DNA from: Candidatus Micrarchaeota archaeon
GTDB lineage: Archaea > Micrarchaeota > Micrarchaeia > Anstonellales > Anstonellaceae
Length of the DNA: 57,783 bases
Direction: 5' to 3'
Assembly (NCBI GenBank): GCA_026414185.1
Contig: JAOAJL010000004.1
Span: 15,966-73,748, forward strand
In this document: piece by piece, positions 1 through 9,341 of the stretch
Position numbering within the stretch: position 1 is the first letter of the stretch
Layout of the letters: each line of letters begins with the position of its first letter
Program-made: the position numbers and the translations under genes
The notes under the pieces: model-generated
What the model saw: only the letters and a program-made list of their open reading frames with translations
Databases searched by the model: none
Told to the model about the DNA's origin: nothing

Positions 1-146
1 GGGTTTTGGAAAAATGCGTGGGTTGGCGTACGGAGGAAAGAGCGAAAACCCGCTTTCAGTGTAGCGTGGGGGTTTTGGAAAAATGCGTGGGTTGGCGTAC
101 GGAGGAAAGAGCGAAAACCCGCTTTCAGTGTAGCGTGGGGGTTTTG
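1..146. repeat. 69-bp tandem direct repeat (2 exact copies plus 8-nt partial third) upstream of aglB
   Basis: GGGTTTTGGAAAAATGCGTGGGTTGGCGTACGGAGGAAAGAGCGAAAACCCGCTTTCAGTGTAGCGTGG at 1-69 and 70-138; GGGTTTTG again at 139-146. Confidence 0.95.
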
Positions 147-148
147 CA

Positions 149-3100
149 ATGGTGGCGTTTGAGTTCAACTTTGTATATCAGAACTTCTTGGTGTTAATAT
201 CGGCGCTGGTTCCCGGGCTTGCGGTGGGAATCCCCCTTTTGCGCAAGTCGGAGCTTTCCGTTTTGGAAAAGGTGCTCATTTCGTTCTTTCTTGGGCTCGT
301 CATAGTCCCCTCCATGCTTTTTTTTGAAGCCCTCGCAGGAGCGCAATTTTCGCTTTTCCTTGTGCTTGTGAACATATTCGTCGTGTGCGCGGCTGGGATT
401 TTTTGGGGCATGAAAGAGGGCGCGTTCCGCTTTGAGATTCCGAAGATTGACATTGATGCACTGCTTGAGCTGAAAGAGGCGCAGAGGCACCTTCCTTCTG
501 TCCTTTTGCTTTTGGCGGTGCTTGTCGCATTTTGGCTTCGCATCCAGACCTACTCGCCTATCTATGCAGAACTTGACCCGTATTGGTATGTTTATGGGAC
601 AGGGCAGATAATACGCGAGGGGTCTGTGCCGCCTCATGACGACACTGCCTGGTGGCCAGAGGCGAAGTCAAGCCATCGCGATGTCCCTTTGAAGATGTAT
701 CTTGAGGCGCACTGGTATGCGCTTTACACGGGCGGCGGTCCTTATAACAACTACCTTCTTTTTGTGACTTCCTCCTGGCTCCCCCCGATTGCCGCTGCGA
801 TGGCGTCGTTTGGCGCCTATCTCCTTTTCAGCGCCTATGCAGGAAGGAGGTATGGACTTTTTGCCGCCTATCTTCTGGCTTTTCTTCCCATAACGATGTT
901 CAAGATGCAGGCTGGCGTGAATGAAGCCGCGCCTTATGGAGTGATGGCGATATTTGTCAGCCTCGGGACTTTTGCGCTTGCGGCTGTGAAAAAAGACATG
1001 AACCTGGGAGTTGTTTCCTCAATCGCCTTTTTTGCGGGCATGGCAGGCTCAAATTACGCGCCTGTCGCCTCGCTGGCATTAGGGGGGTTTGTGGCGCTTC
1101 AGGCGCTTGATTACTTTGTGCGCGGCAAAAAAAACCACCAGTTTCTCATCCTCTGCGCTGTGGTTGCCGTCGGGATAATCCTTGGGAGGGTGGCTGAAAA
1201 TCTCTACACGGGCGGCATTTCAGGAGTGGTAGCCGGCTTGCTTTCAGGACCGATATTCATCATGGCAGGAGCCCTTGCCCTTGCTTATGGTGCCGAAAAG
1301 CTTGTGGAGGGCGGAATGCCGCAGAAAAGAAGGGCGGCTGCTGCCCTTGCCTGCTTGCTTGCCTTTCTGTTGGTCATCATAGTCCCAAGCCCGCTTGGGA
1401 AATTCGTCAAAAGCCAGCTTGGTGGCTACGTGGCTGCCGCGGATTTCAACGCTCCGCTTGAGCGCACTATCGCCGAACAAGGAAGGGCAGGGGCGAGCTT
1501 TGAGGGCGAAAGCTCTATTCTTGGCTGGGTGCCTGCCAGCCACGCGGATGCCGCAGTGCTCAAAAAAGACCCAGCAGCGTCCCTTGTTTTTTTCATAGCA
1601 GGCTTTGACCCTTCTTCCATGGGGAAGGCGATGGAGGGGGCAACTTTGCTTTCAAGCATAGGCTGGGTGTCTTCCGCCCTGTCCAACTTGTTTTTGGGAA
1701 TCTGCTTTTCTGCAATCTCAATTCCGCTGAATGTCGTGCTTGGCTTTTTGCGGTATTTCGCCCTTCTTCCCACAGAGGTGCCAGGCGAGCCTTCAACCAC
1801 CCTGCCAACCTACACCACCCCGTTTTCCATGCTGGCAAACGGCTCTCTTTCAGTTGCCACCTGGCTTTTCAACAGCCTCCTTGACACCCGCATAACTTCT
1901 GACTTGAAATCAGACTCTTTGGTGCTCTTTTTCCTTCTGACAGCAACTGTGGGGATGGTTGCGCGCCACTTCATACGCAGGGGGGAGGAACGCGACGAGC
2001 CCTCCATTGCCATCTTGCTTTTGCTTTTCATACTGCCGGTTTCGTACGTGGGGCTCAACAAGATAAAGTTCGGTCTTTTTGTTGGCTTGGGGGTCGCGGC
2101 GGCTGCAACCGCGGCAATCTTTGAGCTTGAGCTTGCGGCTGCGTGGCTTGCAAGAAAATACAGGGCGCTGCCCGAGGCGGATGTGCGCAAGATATTCACG
2201 GCGTTTCTTTGCATGATGGTGCTTGCGCAGGCATTCGGTCCTGCTGGCTATGCAAAATACGTCCTTCCGGTGTCTTTTTCCGTGCGCTACCAGGACGACC
2301 CCGTCGGGCTTGCGCCGAAGATGGAAATGCTATGCGAGCAGCTTCGGGCAAAAGGATACTATGACCCTGAAATATGCGCCGCGGGGATAGACCCCTCTTA
2401 TCCCGACACCATAAACAGGCAGTTCAACTCAAAGGTGTGCATGGTTTCGCAGCTTTCAATCTTTGACTTGGTTCCTGGCAACAGCAAGGCTGAGCAGAAT
2501 GCGGCGCTTGAGGCAAGGACAGGCGCTGGGTCAAGGTGCCACCGCCTCTCAGAATACTGGGTTGAAACGATGGAATGGATAAACCGCAACCTGGCGCCGG
2601 ATGACAGGGTAACCTCCTGGTGGGACTACGGCCATTGGATAAACTACTTCGGTGACAGGAAAGCCGTGCTGCGCAACGAGCATGTCTCAAGGGGAATGAT
2701 TGGCAGGATTGCGCACGACTACATAGATGGGAAGCCCGAGGATCTGATAAAAACCATGAACTACTACGACAGCCGGTATGTCCTTTTTGACGGCGAACTT
2801 ATTGACAGCGGAAACATGTTCGGGGGCAAGTATGGGGCGCTCAACTACCTTTCCTGCGCGCATGACCGCCAGACTTCCGTTCAGCAGTCTCCGGGAGAAT
2901 CTGACTGCGAGTGGCGCCACGCGCCAGAGCGGGTAGTCATACCGAAAGTCCTGCTTCCGCAGATAAGTTGCGTCATATCTGAAAGCCAGCAGACCACAGG
3001 CGTGTATGTCTATGTGGTTGATAAGTACGGCTCAATAGACCAGAACAAACCGGACTACTGCCTTGGCGAAGTTACGCTTTCCACCGGGGAGAGGATTTCG

Positions 3101-3451
3101 GCTCTTTACTATCTTGACAGGCGCGATGAGAACGGCGATCTTAAGCTGAACAAGGGGTTCTTGCGCCAGCTTTGGGATGGAAACGACGCCGCATCCTATG
3201 AGTTGGTCTACAACAACCTGCCTGTCTGGCCAGGCGCAAACGGAACATTTGTGGGTGGCATGGAGGATGCGAAAACTAAGTTCTACACATCAAACCTATA
3301 CCGCGGCTACTACCTGCGCCAGCTTGACGGATTTGACTTGGTATTCTCCTCTGCAAACGGCGAGGTGAAGATATACAAGATGAAGGATGAGTTCTGGAAG
3401 GGGAACAAGGAGGGCTATGTTGACCCTGTGGCTGCCGCCGCCACCCAATAG
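149..3451 (+). CDS. aglB: Oligosaccharyltransferase AglB (STT3 family), 1100 aa
   Basis: Polytopic N-terminal region; ELDPYWY, TIAEQ (TIXE) and SWWDYGHWI motifs; DK-like GGKYGAL; C-terminal FDLVFSS..VKIYK. Confidence 0.96.
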   Translation: MVAFEFNFVYQNFLVLISALVPGLAVGIPLLRKSELSVLEKVLISFFLGLVIVPSMLFFEALAGAQFSLFLVLVNIFVVCAAGIFWGMKEGAFRFEIPKIDIDALLELKEAQRHLPSVLLLLAVLVAFWLRIQTYSPIYAELDPYWYVYGTGQIIREGSVPPHDDTAWWPEAKSSHRDVPLKMYLEAHWYALYTGGGPYNNYLLFVTSSWLPPIAAAMASFGAYLLFSAYAGRRYGLFAAYLLAFLPITMFKMQAGVNEAAPYGVMAIFVSLGTFALAAVKKDMNLGVVSSIAFFAGMAGSNYAPVASLALGGFVALQALDYFVRGKKNHQFLILCAVVAVGIILGRVAENLYTGGISGVVAGLLSGPIFIMAGALALAYGAEKLVEGGMPQKRRAAAALACLLAFLLVIIVPSPLGKFVKSQLGGYVAAADFNAPLERTIAEQGRAGASFEGESSILGWVPASHADAAVLKKDPAASLVFFIAGFDPSSMGKAMEGATLLSSIGWVSSALSNLFLGICFSAISIPLNVVLGFLRYFALLPTEVPGEPSTTLPTYTTPFSMLANGSLSVATWLFNSLLDTRITSDLKSDSLVLFFLLTATVGMVARHFIRRGEERDEPSIAILLLLFILPVSYVGLNKIKFGLFVGLGVAAAATAAIFELELAAAWLARKYRALPEADVRKIFTAFLCMMVLAQAFGPAGYAKYVLPVSFSVRYQDDPVGLAPKMEMLCEQLRAKGYYDPEICAAGIDPSYPDTINRQFNSKVCMVSQLSIFDLVPGNSKAEQNAALEARTGAGSRCHRLSEYWVETMEWINRNLAPDDRVTSWWDYGHWINYFGDRKAVLRNEHVSRGMIGRIAHDYIDGKPEDLIKTMNYYDSRYVLFDGELIDSGNMFGGKYGALNYLSCAHDRQTSVQQSPGESDCEWRHAPERVVIPKVLLPQISCVISESQQTTGVYVYVVDKYGSIDQNKPDYCLGEVTLSTGERISALYYLDRRDENGDLKLNKGFLRQLWDGNDAASYELVYNNLPVWPGANGTFVGGMEDAKTKFYTSNLYRGYYLRQLDGFDLVFSSANGEVKIYKMKDEFWKGNKEGYVDPVAAAATQ

Positions 3452-3465
3452 CAGGTGGGATTAGG

Positions 3466-4839
3466 ATGGGGATGGGGCTTTTCGGAACAAATGGCGTGCG
3501 AGGGACGATTGACAAGCTCACGCCCATGCTTGCATTTGACCTTGCGGCGGCTTTCGCAAGCAGATGTGAAAAGGGCAAAATCGCCCTTGCGCGCGACATG
3601 CGGCTTACTTCCCCGCTTCTCCACTCAGCTGTTCTTGCGGGCATAATGTATGCCGGCAGGGACGCTGTTGATTTCGGATTGGTTTCCTCCCCGGTCGCTG
3701 AATATGCGCACCACAAGGCAGGGACAACCGGCTTGATAATCGTCACCGCCTCGCACAACCCTCCGGAGTGGAACGCCCTGAAATTTGTTGATGAAAACGG
3801 GGTTGCGATATCTGCGGAACGGGGCGAAGCGATAGAGAAGTCGGCTCTCTCAAAAGCTTATTACAAGGCGGACTGGATGGGGGTTGGCGGCTACGAGGAG
3901 AAATGTGGTGCCACTGAGCAACACGCAAAGGCTTGCCTTGAGGCTTTGGATGCCGAGAAGATAAGGAAAGGAAGGCTGAGGGTTGCCCTTGACTTTGGCA
4001 ACGGCACAAGCTCGCTTTCATCTTCGCTGTTCTCCTCGCTTGGCTGCGAGGTTATTGCTCTGAATGAGAAGCTTGACGGAAATTTCCCAGGCAGGCTCTC
4101 TGAGCCTTCTGAGCAGAATGTCCAGAGGCTGCTTGGGGTGGTGAGGGAAAATTCCTGCGACTTTGGGGTTGCCTGGGATGGCGACTCCGACAGGGTGATA
4201 TTCGTTGATGAGAATGGCAGGTGGATTGTGGGGGATAGAGGGTTTGCAATTTCCGCAAAGAGAGCTTGCCAAGAAGCCGCAGAGTCCGGCAAGAAGGACT
4301 TCTTCGTTGTCACCACGGTTGCAACAAGCCGCGCGGTTGAGGAATCGTGCGCGCCTTTTGGCGCGAAAACTATATACACGAAGGTCGGGGCGCCTTACCT
4401 GTCAGAGAAAATGAGGGAGCTTTCTGGCTTGGCGGTAAGCGGGGGGGAGGAGGTCGGCGGCATCATCTGGCCCTCCTTTTCGCTTGCCAAAGACGGCATA
4501 TTCGCAGCCGCGAAGATGTGCGAGCTTGTATGCGAAAGGAAGCTCAGCGAGCTTGTTTCCGAGCTGCCGCTTTATTACAACTCAAAGTCAAAGCCGCAGA
4601 TTTCTCCGGAAAGGAAGAGGGAGGCGCTTGAGGCTGCGAAAAAGCACGCGGAGGGGATGGAGGGCGGGCGCCTGACTCTCGTGGATGGAGTTCGTGTTGA
4701 CCTTGAGGATGGATGGGCGATTGTGCGGGCTTCTGGAACTGAAAATGCGCTCAGGATATTTGCTGAGGGAAAAACGCAGAAGAGGGCTGAGCAGCTGCGC
4801 AGGGAGTTTGAGGATGCGCTAAGCGGCATGATAGGCTAA
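3466..4839 (+). CDS. Phosphohexomutase (phosphoglucosamine mutase / phosphomannomutase family)
   Basis: LFGTNGVRG, TASHNP phosphoserine loop, DGDSDR metal loop, GGEEVGG, VRASGTE. Confidence 0.93.
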   Translation: MGMGLFGTNGVRGTIDKLTPMLAFDLAAAFASRCEKGKIALARDMRLTSPLLHSAVLAGIMYAGRDAVDFGLVSSPVAEYAHHKAGTTGLIIVTASHNPPEWNALKFVDENGVAISAERGEAIEKSALSKAYYKADWMGVGGYEEKCGATEQHAKACLEALDAEKIRKGRLRVALDFGNGTSSLSSSLFSSLGCEVIALNEKLDGNFPGRLSEPSEQNVQRLLGVVRENSCDFGVAWDGDSDRVIFVDENGRWIVGDRGFAISAKRACQEAAESGKKDFFVVTTVATSRAVEESCAPFGAKTIYTKVGAPYLSEKMRELSGLAVSGGEEVGGIIWPSFSLAKDGIFAAAKMCELVCERKLSELVSELPLYYNSKSKPQISPERKREALEAAKKHAEGMEGGRLTLVDGVRVDLEDGWAIVRASGTENALRIFAEGKTQKRAEQLRREFEDALSGMIG

Positions 4840-5747
4840 CTTCTGCTTTTGTAGTATTCTATAAGCCGCCTTATCCCTTCCTCAAGGGGAACTTTTGCCT
4901 TAAAGCCGAGCTTCTTTTCAGCCCTGCTTGTGTCTGCCTGCGTGCGGGCTACGTAGTTTTTTATCGTGTTTTGCCTGTAGAGCGGTGCGATTGAGGTGCC
5001 CAGCTTCTGGTTGAGGAGTGCAATCATCTCGTTTATGGACGTTTCCCTGCCGGTTCCTACGTTGAATATTCCGAACCTTATGCGGCTTTTGGCTGCCAGC
5101 AGGTTTGCATCCACCACATCCTCCACATAGGTAAAGTCCCTCGTCTGCTTCCCATCGCCGAAAACGACAGGTGCCTCCCCTTTCATCATCGCCCACAGAA
5201 ACTGCGAGACTAAGTTGGCATACTGCCTTTTGTATTCTTCACGCTCCCCGTAAACCGAAAAGTAGCGCAACCCTATTGAGCGCACGCCGTAGAGCCTGAA
5301 ATAAAGCTCCGCCAGCCTTTCCATCGCATAGCGCGCCTCTGTGTAGTAGTCGGTCACCTTTATCCTGGCGGTTTCCCTGTGCGGCGGCTCAATGCCGTTG
5401 TAAAGCGAGGAGGAGGAAGCGAAAACCAGCCTGCAGTCCTTTGCACGGCAATACTCAAGCACGGCAACCATGTCCTCAATCGCCTTAGCTGTAAGAAAGG
5501 GGTTGTCCTTGTACATTGGCGAGGAGGAGTATACGCCTTGGTGGAAGACCGCCTCCGGCTTTTGGCTTACCTGCGAAATCGCCCTGCTTTCGGCTTTTAT
5601 AAGCTGGATTTTTCCTGCAATGCCCGAAAGATTTCCCTCGTTTCCGGAAAAAAGATTGTCAATGACGACCAGTTTTTCTGCGCCAGAAGCAAGCCTGTGG
5701 GCTATGTGCGAGCCTATGAAGCCTGCCCCGCCTGTGATTACGTACAT
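4836..5747 (-). CDS. NAD-dependent nucleotide-sugar epimerase/dehydratase (extended SDR)
   Basis: TGGAGFIGSH, ASSSSLY, LRYFSVYG, RDFTYVEDVV; catalytic motif reads YTEAR rather than YxxxK. Confidence 0.9.
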   Translation of the reverse strand: MYVITGGAGFIGSHIAHRLASGAEKLVVIDNLFSGNEGNLSGIAGKIQLIKAESRAISQVSQKPEAVFHQGVYSSSPMYKDNPFLTAKAIEDMVAVLEYCRAKDCRLVFASSSSLYNGIEPPHRETARIKVTDYYTEARYAMERLAELYFRLYGVRSIGLRYFSVYGEREEYKRQYANLVSQFLWAMMKGEAPVVFGDGKQTRDFTYVEDVVDANLLAAKSRIRFGIFNVGTGRETSINEMIALLNQKLGTSIAPLYRQNTIKNYVARTQADTSRAEKKLGFKAKVPLEEGIRRLIEYYKSRS

Positions 5748-5804
5748 AAGAAAAACCTCCTGCGGATTAAAGGCAGCAGAGGTTTATGAAAGTTTGGGAT
5801 GGTT

Positions 5805-6128
5805 TCAGCAGCCAAGAAAGCCCCTGAAAAAAAGGTGCGTCGCATTCTGCTCTTTTTCAGCCTCCTTTTTTGCTATCTGCCCAAGAAGCTGCTGGGTTTT
5901 TTCCAGCTTCTGCGAGATTGGAAGGTTTTCCGCCATGCTGTTTTTTTGGAAATCCTCGTCAATAAGCCCCTTCCTTGCGAGTATGCTCAGCACTTTTGCG
6001 AAGCGGGTCAGCGAGCGGTTTGAATCCTCCGTTCCAATCTTTTTTATGAGGGATTGCGCCTGCAGCAGCATTTTGCTTTTGGTTTTCTTTTGCGGTTGTG
6101 TCATTCCATAATTTTCCATCTGAAACAC
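5805..6128 (-). CDS. Hypothetical protein (~100 aa, helical, Lys-rich)
   Basis: Only ORF filling the gap between epimerase and ACT gene; start uncertain (6128 GTG or a downstream ATG). Confidence 0.55.
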   Translation of the reverse strand: MFQMENYGMTQPQKKTKSKMLLQAQSLIKKIGTEDSNRSLTRFAKVLSILARKGLIDEDFQKNSMAENLPISQKLEKTQQLLGQIAKKEAEKEQNATHLFFRGFLGC

Positions 6129-6177
6129 CCCATTCTAATATGATAATGAACCTTTTTAAGCATTATTGTATAAAAAT

Positions 6178-6681
6178 ATGCATATGCTGCGCTATGTGGA
6201 GGAGTTTTTCGCAGGAAGGAGGGCGGCGCTGAAGGTAGTCGGCGCTTTTCTTCGGCTTGGAATAAGGGTTGATGAGGCAGGAAAGCTTTACTGCGAAAGC
6301 ATAGAGCTTGCCCCTGCCAAAGTCGCGCGCGCTCTTTCGGTGGATAGGCGGGTGGTGATTGAAACCGCAAGGGAAATCGCCTCTGACCCGCAGCTTTATC
6401 CTGTGTTTTCAGGGCTCCTTCCGATTGCCAACGTAGAGCGGGCGGCAAAATTTTTTGGGCACGATGTGATAGAGATAGGGGAAAACCCGTGCTCCATGGG
6501 GGTTGTGGCAAAAGTAACAGGCATCCTTGCCAAAAACAAAGTCAACATACGCCAGATAATAGCGGATGACCCTGACTTGTATCCTGAGCCAAGGCTGCGC
6601 ATCGTGATTGACGGGCGCTTGCCGCAAAAGGCGCTGCTTGAAGTGCGAAAGCTTGGGTTGCAATCCATATCCCTTAAATAG
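6178..6681 (+). CDS. ACT-domain protein, COG2150-like predicted regulator of amino-acid metabolism
   Basis: N-terminal helical part (ARALSVDRRVVIET) plus C-terminal ACT-like GVVAKVTGILAKNKVNIRQIIADDP; TTTTTAAG about 25 nt upstream. Confidence 0.8.
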   Translation: MHMLRYVEEFFAGRRAALKVVGAFLRLGIRVDEAGKLYCESIELAPAKVARALSVDRRVVIETAREIASDPQLYPVFSGLLPIANVERAAKFFGHDVIEIGENPCSMGVVAKVTGILAKNKVNIRQIIADDPDLYPEPRLRIVIDGRLPQKALLEVRKLGLQSISLK

Positions 6682-6712
6682 ACAAGGGGATACAGATTTG
6701 GGGTTGATTTCC

Positions 6713-7420
6713 ATGGTTAAGGCAATTGTCTTATGCGGAGGCAAGGGGACCAGGCTTCGCCCCTATACATACACCATACCGAAGCCTATGCTGCCGCTTG
6801 GCAAAAAGCCCATACTGGAATATGTCCTCTCCACGCTGAAAAACGCGGGCATAACCGAAGTCACCTTGACTGTCGGCTATCTCTACGAGCAGATTGTGGA
6901 TTACTTCGGGGACGGCAAGAGACTTGGGATGAAGCTCTCATATTCCATTGAAAAAAAAGAGCTTGGCACTGCAGGCTCCATTGCCCCGCTTTGCGGAAAG
7001 TTCAAGGAAACCTTCGTGGTGATGATGGGGGACCATCTTTCAAACATAGACATAGCGTCGCTTGTGAGGTTTCACAAGAGAGAGGGCGCAATAGCCACAG
7101 TTGCGCTAAACCGGAAGGGAGTGCCGCTTGAATACGGAGTTGCGGATGTGGAGGGAAGCCGCATAGTGCGCTTCCGGGAAAAGCCCATCGTGGAGAACCT
7201 TGTCAATTCAGGCGTCTATGCCTTTGAGCCCAGGATATTCCAGTACATCAAGGAGGGGGACGACTTTGCAAACGATGTTTTCCCGCTTCTTTTGCAAAAA
7301 AAGGAGAAGGTGTCCGGCTTTGTATTCACGGACTACTGGCTTGACATTGGAAGGACCACCGACTATGAGCACATAAACCAGCTTATTTCGGTTATTGATT
7401 TGACGAAGAAAATGCGCTGA
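6713..7420 (+). CDS. Sugar-phosphate nucleotidyltransferase (NTP_transferase family)
   Basis: AIVLCGGKGTRLRPYTYTIPKPMLP, ELGTAG, FREKP, YWLDIG; start moved from the ORF-track 6608 to ATG 6713. Confidence 0.92.
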   Translation: MVKAIVLCGGKGTRLRPYTYTIPKPMLPLGKKPILEYVLSTLKNAGITEVTLTVGYLYEQIVDYFGDGKRLGMKLSYSIEKKELGTAGSIAPLCGKFKETFVVMMGDHLSNIDIASLVRFHKREGAIATVALNRKGVPLEYGVADVEGSRIVRFREKPIVENLVNSGVYAFEPRIFQYIKEGDDFANDVFPLLLQKKEKVSGFVFTDYWLDIGRTTDYEHINQLISVIDLTKKMR

Positions 7421-7421
7421 A

Positions 7422-8345
7422 TCAGATAGCTTCAAGCCCTATTCCGCCCCTGCCTTCTGGGCAAAGAAGGCTCCGCAAGCCCTCTTCAAGGGAAACGGAG
7501 GGGCAGTAGCCAATCTTTTGGCGGGCAAGAGAGATGTCCGCGCATGAGCGGGCGATATCCCCTGCCTTAGGCTCCCGAAAGACTGGCTGGGTTTTCTTGC
7601 CGGCTATCCTGACCATAAGCTCAACAAGCTCAATAAGAGAGGTTTCTTTCCCCGAGCCGATGTTGAGCGGAAAGCCAAATCCATCGCAGTGCAACGCAAG
7701 CTCAAACGCCCTGGCAACGTCGCTTATATGGACAAAGTCTCTTGTCTGCCTGCCGCTTCCGAAGATTTCCGGCTGGCGCCCTTCCGAGAATGCCTCTGCG
7801 AATTTTGCCACCACTCCTGCGTAGGGACTTGATGGCCGCTGCCCTTCTCCATAGACATTGAAAAGCCGAAGGGCAACGTTTTTCATGCCATAAAGGGAGT
7901 TGTAAAGAAGGACATAGCGCTCTGCGGTGAGCTTGGAAAGCCCGTAGGGGGAAAGCGGCGCCGTGGGATGCGACTCGGCTATCGGAATTTCCTTTGGGTT
8001 TCCATAAACTGCGGCGGAAGAGGAGTAGAGGACCTTTTCCACGCCTGCCTTCCTTGCCGCCTCCAGCACGTTGAGCGTGCCGCCCGCGTTCACCTGAAAG
8101 TCCGAGAACGGGTCGGCAATTGAGCCTTGCACGTCCACAAGGGCGGCAAGGTGGATTACCGCCTCAGCCCCTGCGAAAAGGCGATGCATGCGCGGAAAGT
8201 CAAGCACGGATGCTCTGACAAACTCCGCTGTGGTGCCTGGAGGTGGCGGGGCGATGTCTATTATCCTCACTGGATAGCCCTCCTCGCAGAGAAGGGAGCA
8301 GAGGCGCGAGCCTATGAAGCCGGAGCCGCCTGTGATTACTATCAT
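7422..8345 (-). CDS. UDP-glucose 4-epimerase-like SDR
   Basis: TGGSGFIGS, SSSAAVYG, SPYGLSK (YxxxK), LRLFNVYG, RDFVHISD. Confidence 0.92.
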   Translation of the reverse strand: MIVITGGSGFIGSRLCSLLCEEGYPVRIIDIAPPPPGTTAEFVRASVLDFPRMHRLFAGAEAVIHLAALVDVQGSIADPFSDFQVNAGGTLNVLEAARKAGVEKVLYSSSAAVYGNPKEIPIAESHPTAPLSPYGLSKLTAERYVLLYNSLYGMKNVALRLFNVYGEGQRPSSPYAGVVAKFAEAFSEGRQPEIFGSGRQTRDFVHISDVARAFELALHCDGFGFPLNIGSGKETSLIELVELMVRIAGKKTQPVFREPKAGDIARSCADISLARQKIGYCPSVSLEEGLRSLLCPEGRGGIGLEAI

Positions 8346-8354
8346 CTGATTACC

Positions 8355-9341
8355 TCATCCCAACGCCTTCCCATAAAGCAGTATCGCCGCCAATGCGCAC
8401 AGCATCTCCATCGCGATAAAGGTCAGGACAAGCTTCTGCTCCGAAACTCCGTTGTATTGCTTCATCACAAGCTGTGCAAAGCCGCGCACCTTGCCTTCAA
8501 GCGGATAGAGCTTGCCCTTGGCGCCTATCTCCCCCCACCATTTTGTTGAGGGAAAGCCGTTTTTCGCTTTTATGAAAAAGTCAACCACATAAGGCACCAC
8601 CAGTATCGCCCCTGCCGACTCCAGATTCCCAAGTATGACTGCCACCGCAAGAGCCGCGCCTATTGACAGGTTGCCTATGTCGCCTGTGAAAACCCGCGCT
8701 GGATACCAGTTGAAGCGCAGGAAGGCTGCAAGAGCTCCAAGCATTGCGGCTGAGATAAGAGCCATCTCCACTGAGCCGTGCTGGAAGGCAAGAACCAGAG
8801 TGGTTGCGAAAATGACGCTGCCCATCCCCGCCTCCATGCCGTTGAAGCCCGCCAGCATGTTGGTGAGGTTGGCTGCGACAGTCACGCCAAGAGGTATGAG
8901 CAGAACCACATACACTATCCCGAAATCAACAGCCCCGATGAAGGGCAGGGAGACAACCGTGCTTCCTGCCGCAGAAACCGCAACAAGCGGAAGCGCAGCT
9001 GCCATCGGCAAGACCGCCTTCACCGCCTGCCGCATGGAGAAAAGGTCGTCATAAGTCCCGATAAGCGCTATTATCATCATGGTCAGCATGGCGGCAAGCA
9101 CCTCTATGAGCTTGAACTGGAAGCCCAGGAAGGTCTGCATGGCTATGGCAAGAAGGAGTGCGCCGACTGCGCCCATCACAATCCCAAGCCCGCCCATCTC
9201 CGCAACCTCGGGGTTGCCGACTTTGTTCATATCTTTGCCGACTATCCCGCCAAGGCGGAGCTTCCTTATCAGGAACGGCAGGGAAAGAGAAGTTGTCAGA
9301 AAGGCGCAAAGGAGGACTGCTGCTATGTAGACAACATCCAT
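8355..9341 (-). CDS. UDP-GlcNAc:dolichyl-phosphate GlcNAc-1-phosphotransferase (GPT/AglH, MraY-WecA family)
   Basis: GKDMNK, AEMGG, GTYDD, NLTNMLAGFNGMEAG, RFNWYPARVFTGDIG; ATG overlaps the upstream TGA (TGATG). Confidence 0.9.
   Translation of the reverse strand: MDVVYIAAVLLCAFLTTSLSLPFLIRKLRLGGIVGKDMNKVGNPEVAEMGGLGIVMGAVGALLLAIAMQTFLGFQFKLIEVLAAMLTMMIIALIGTYDDLFSMRQAVKAVLPMAAALPLVAVSAAGSTVVSLPFIGAVDFGIVYVVLLIPLGVTVAANLTNMLAGFNGMEAGMGSVIFATTLVLAFQHGSVEMALISAAMLGALAAFLRFNWYPARVFTGDIGNLSIGAALAVAVILGNLESAGAILVVPYVVDFFIKAKNGFPSTKWWGEIGAKGKLYPLEGKVRGFAQLVMKQYNGVSEQKLVLTFIAMEMLCALAAILLYGKALG

Noticed and set aside
1-146. CRISPR array, or a real 63-aa repeat protein (ORF 6-197)
   Set aside because: The units are head-to-tail with no unique spacers and no cas genes; the ORF is just the translation of a 69-bp (3n) repeat and overlaps aglB
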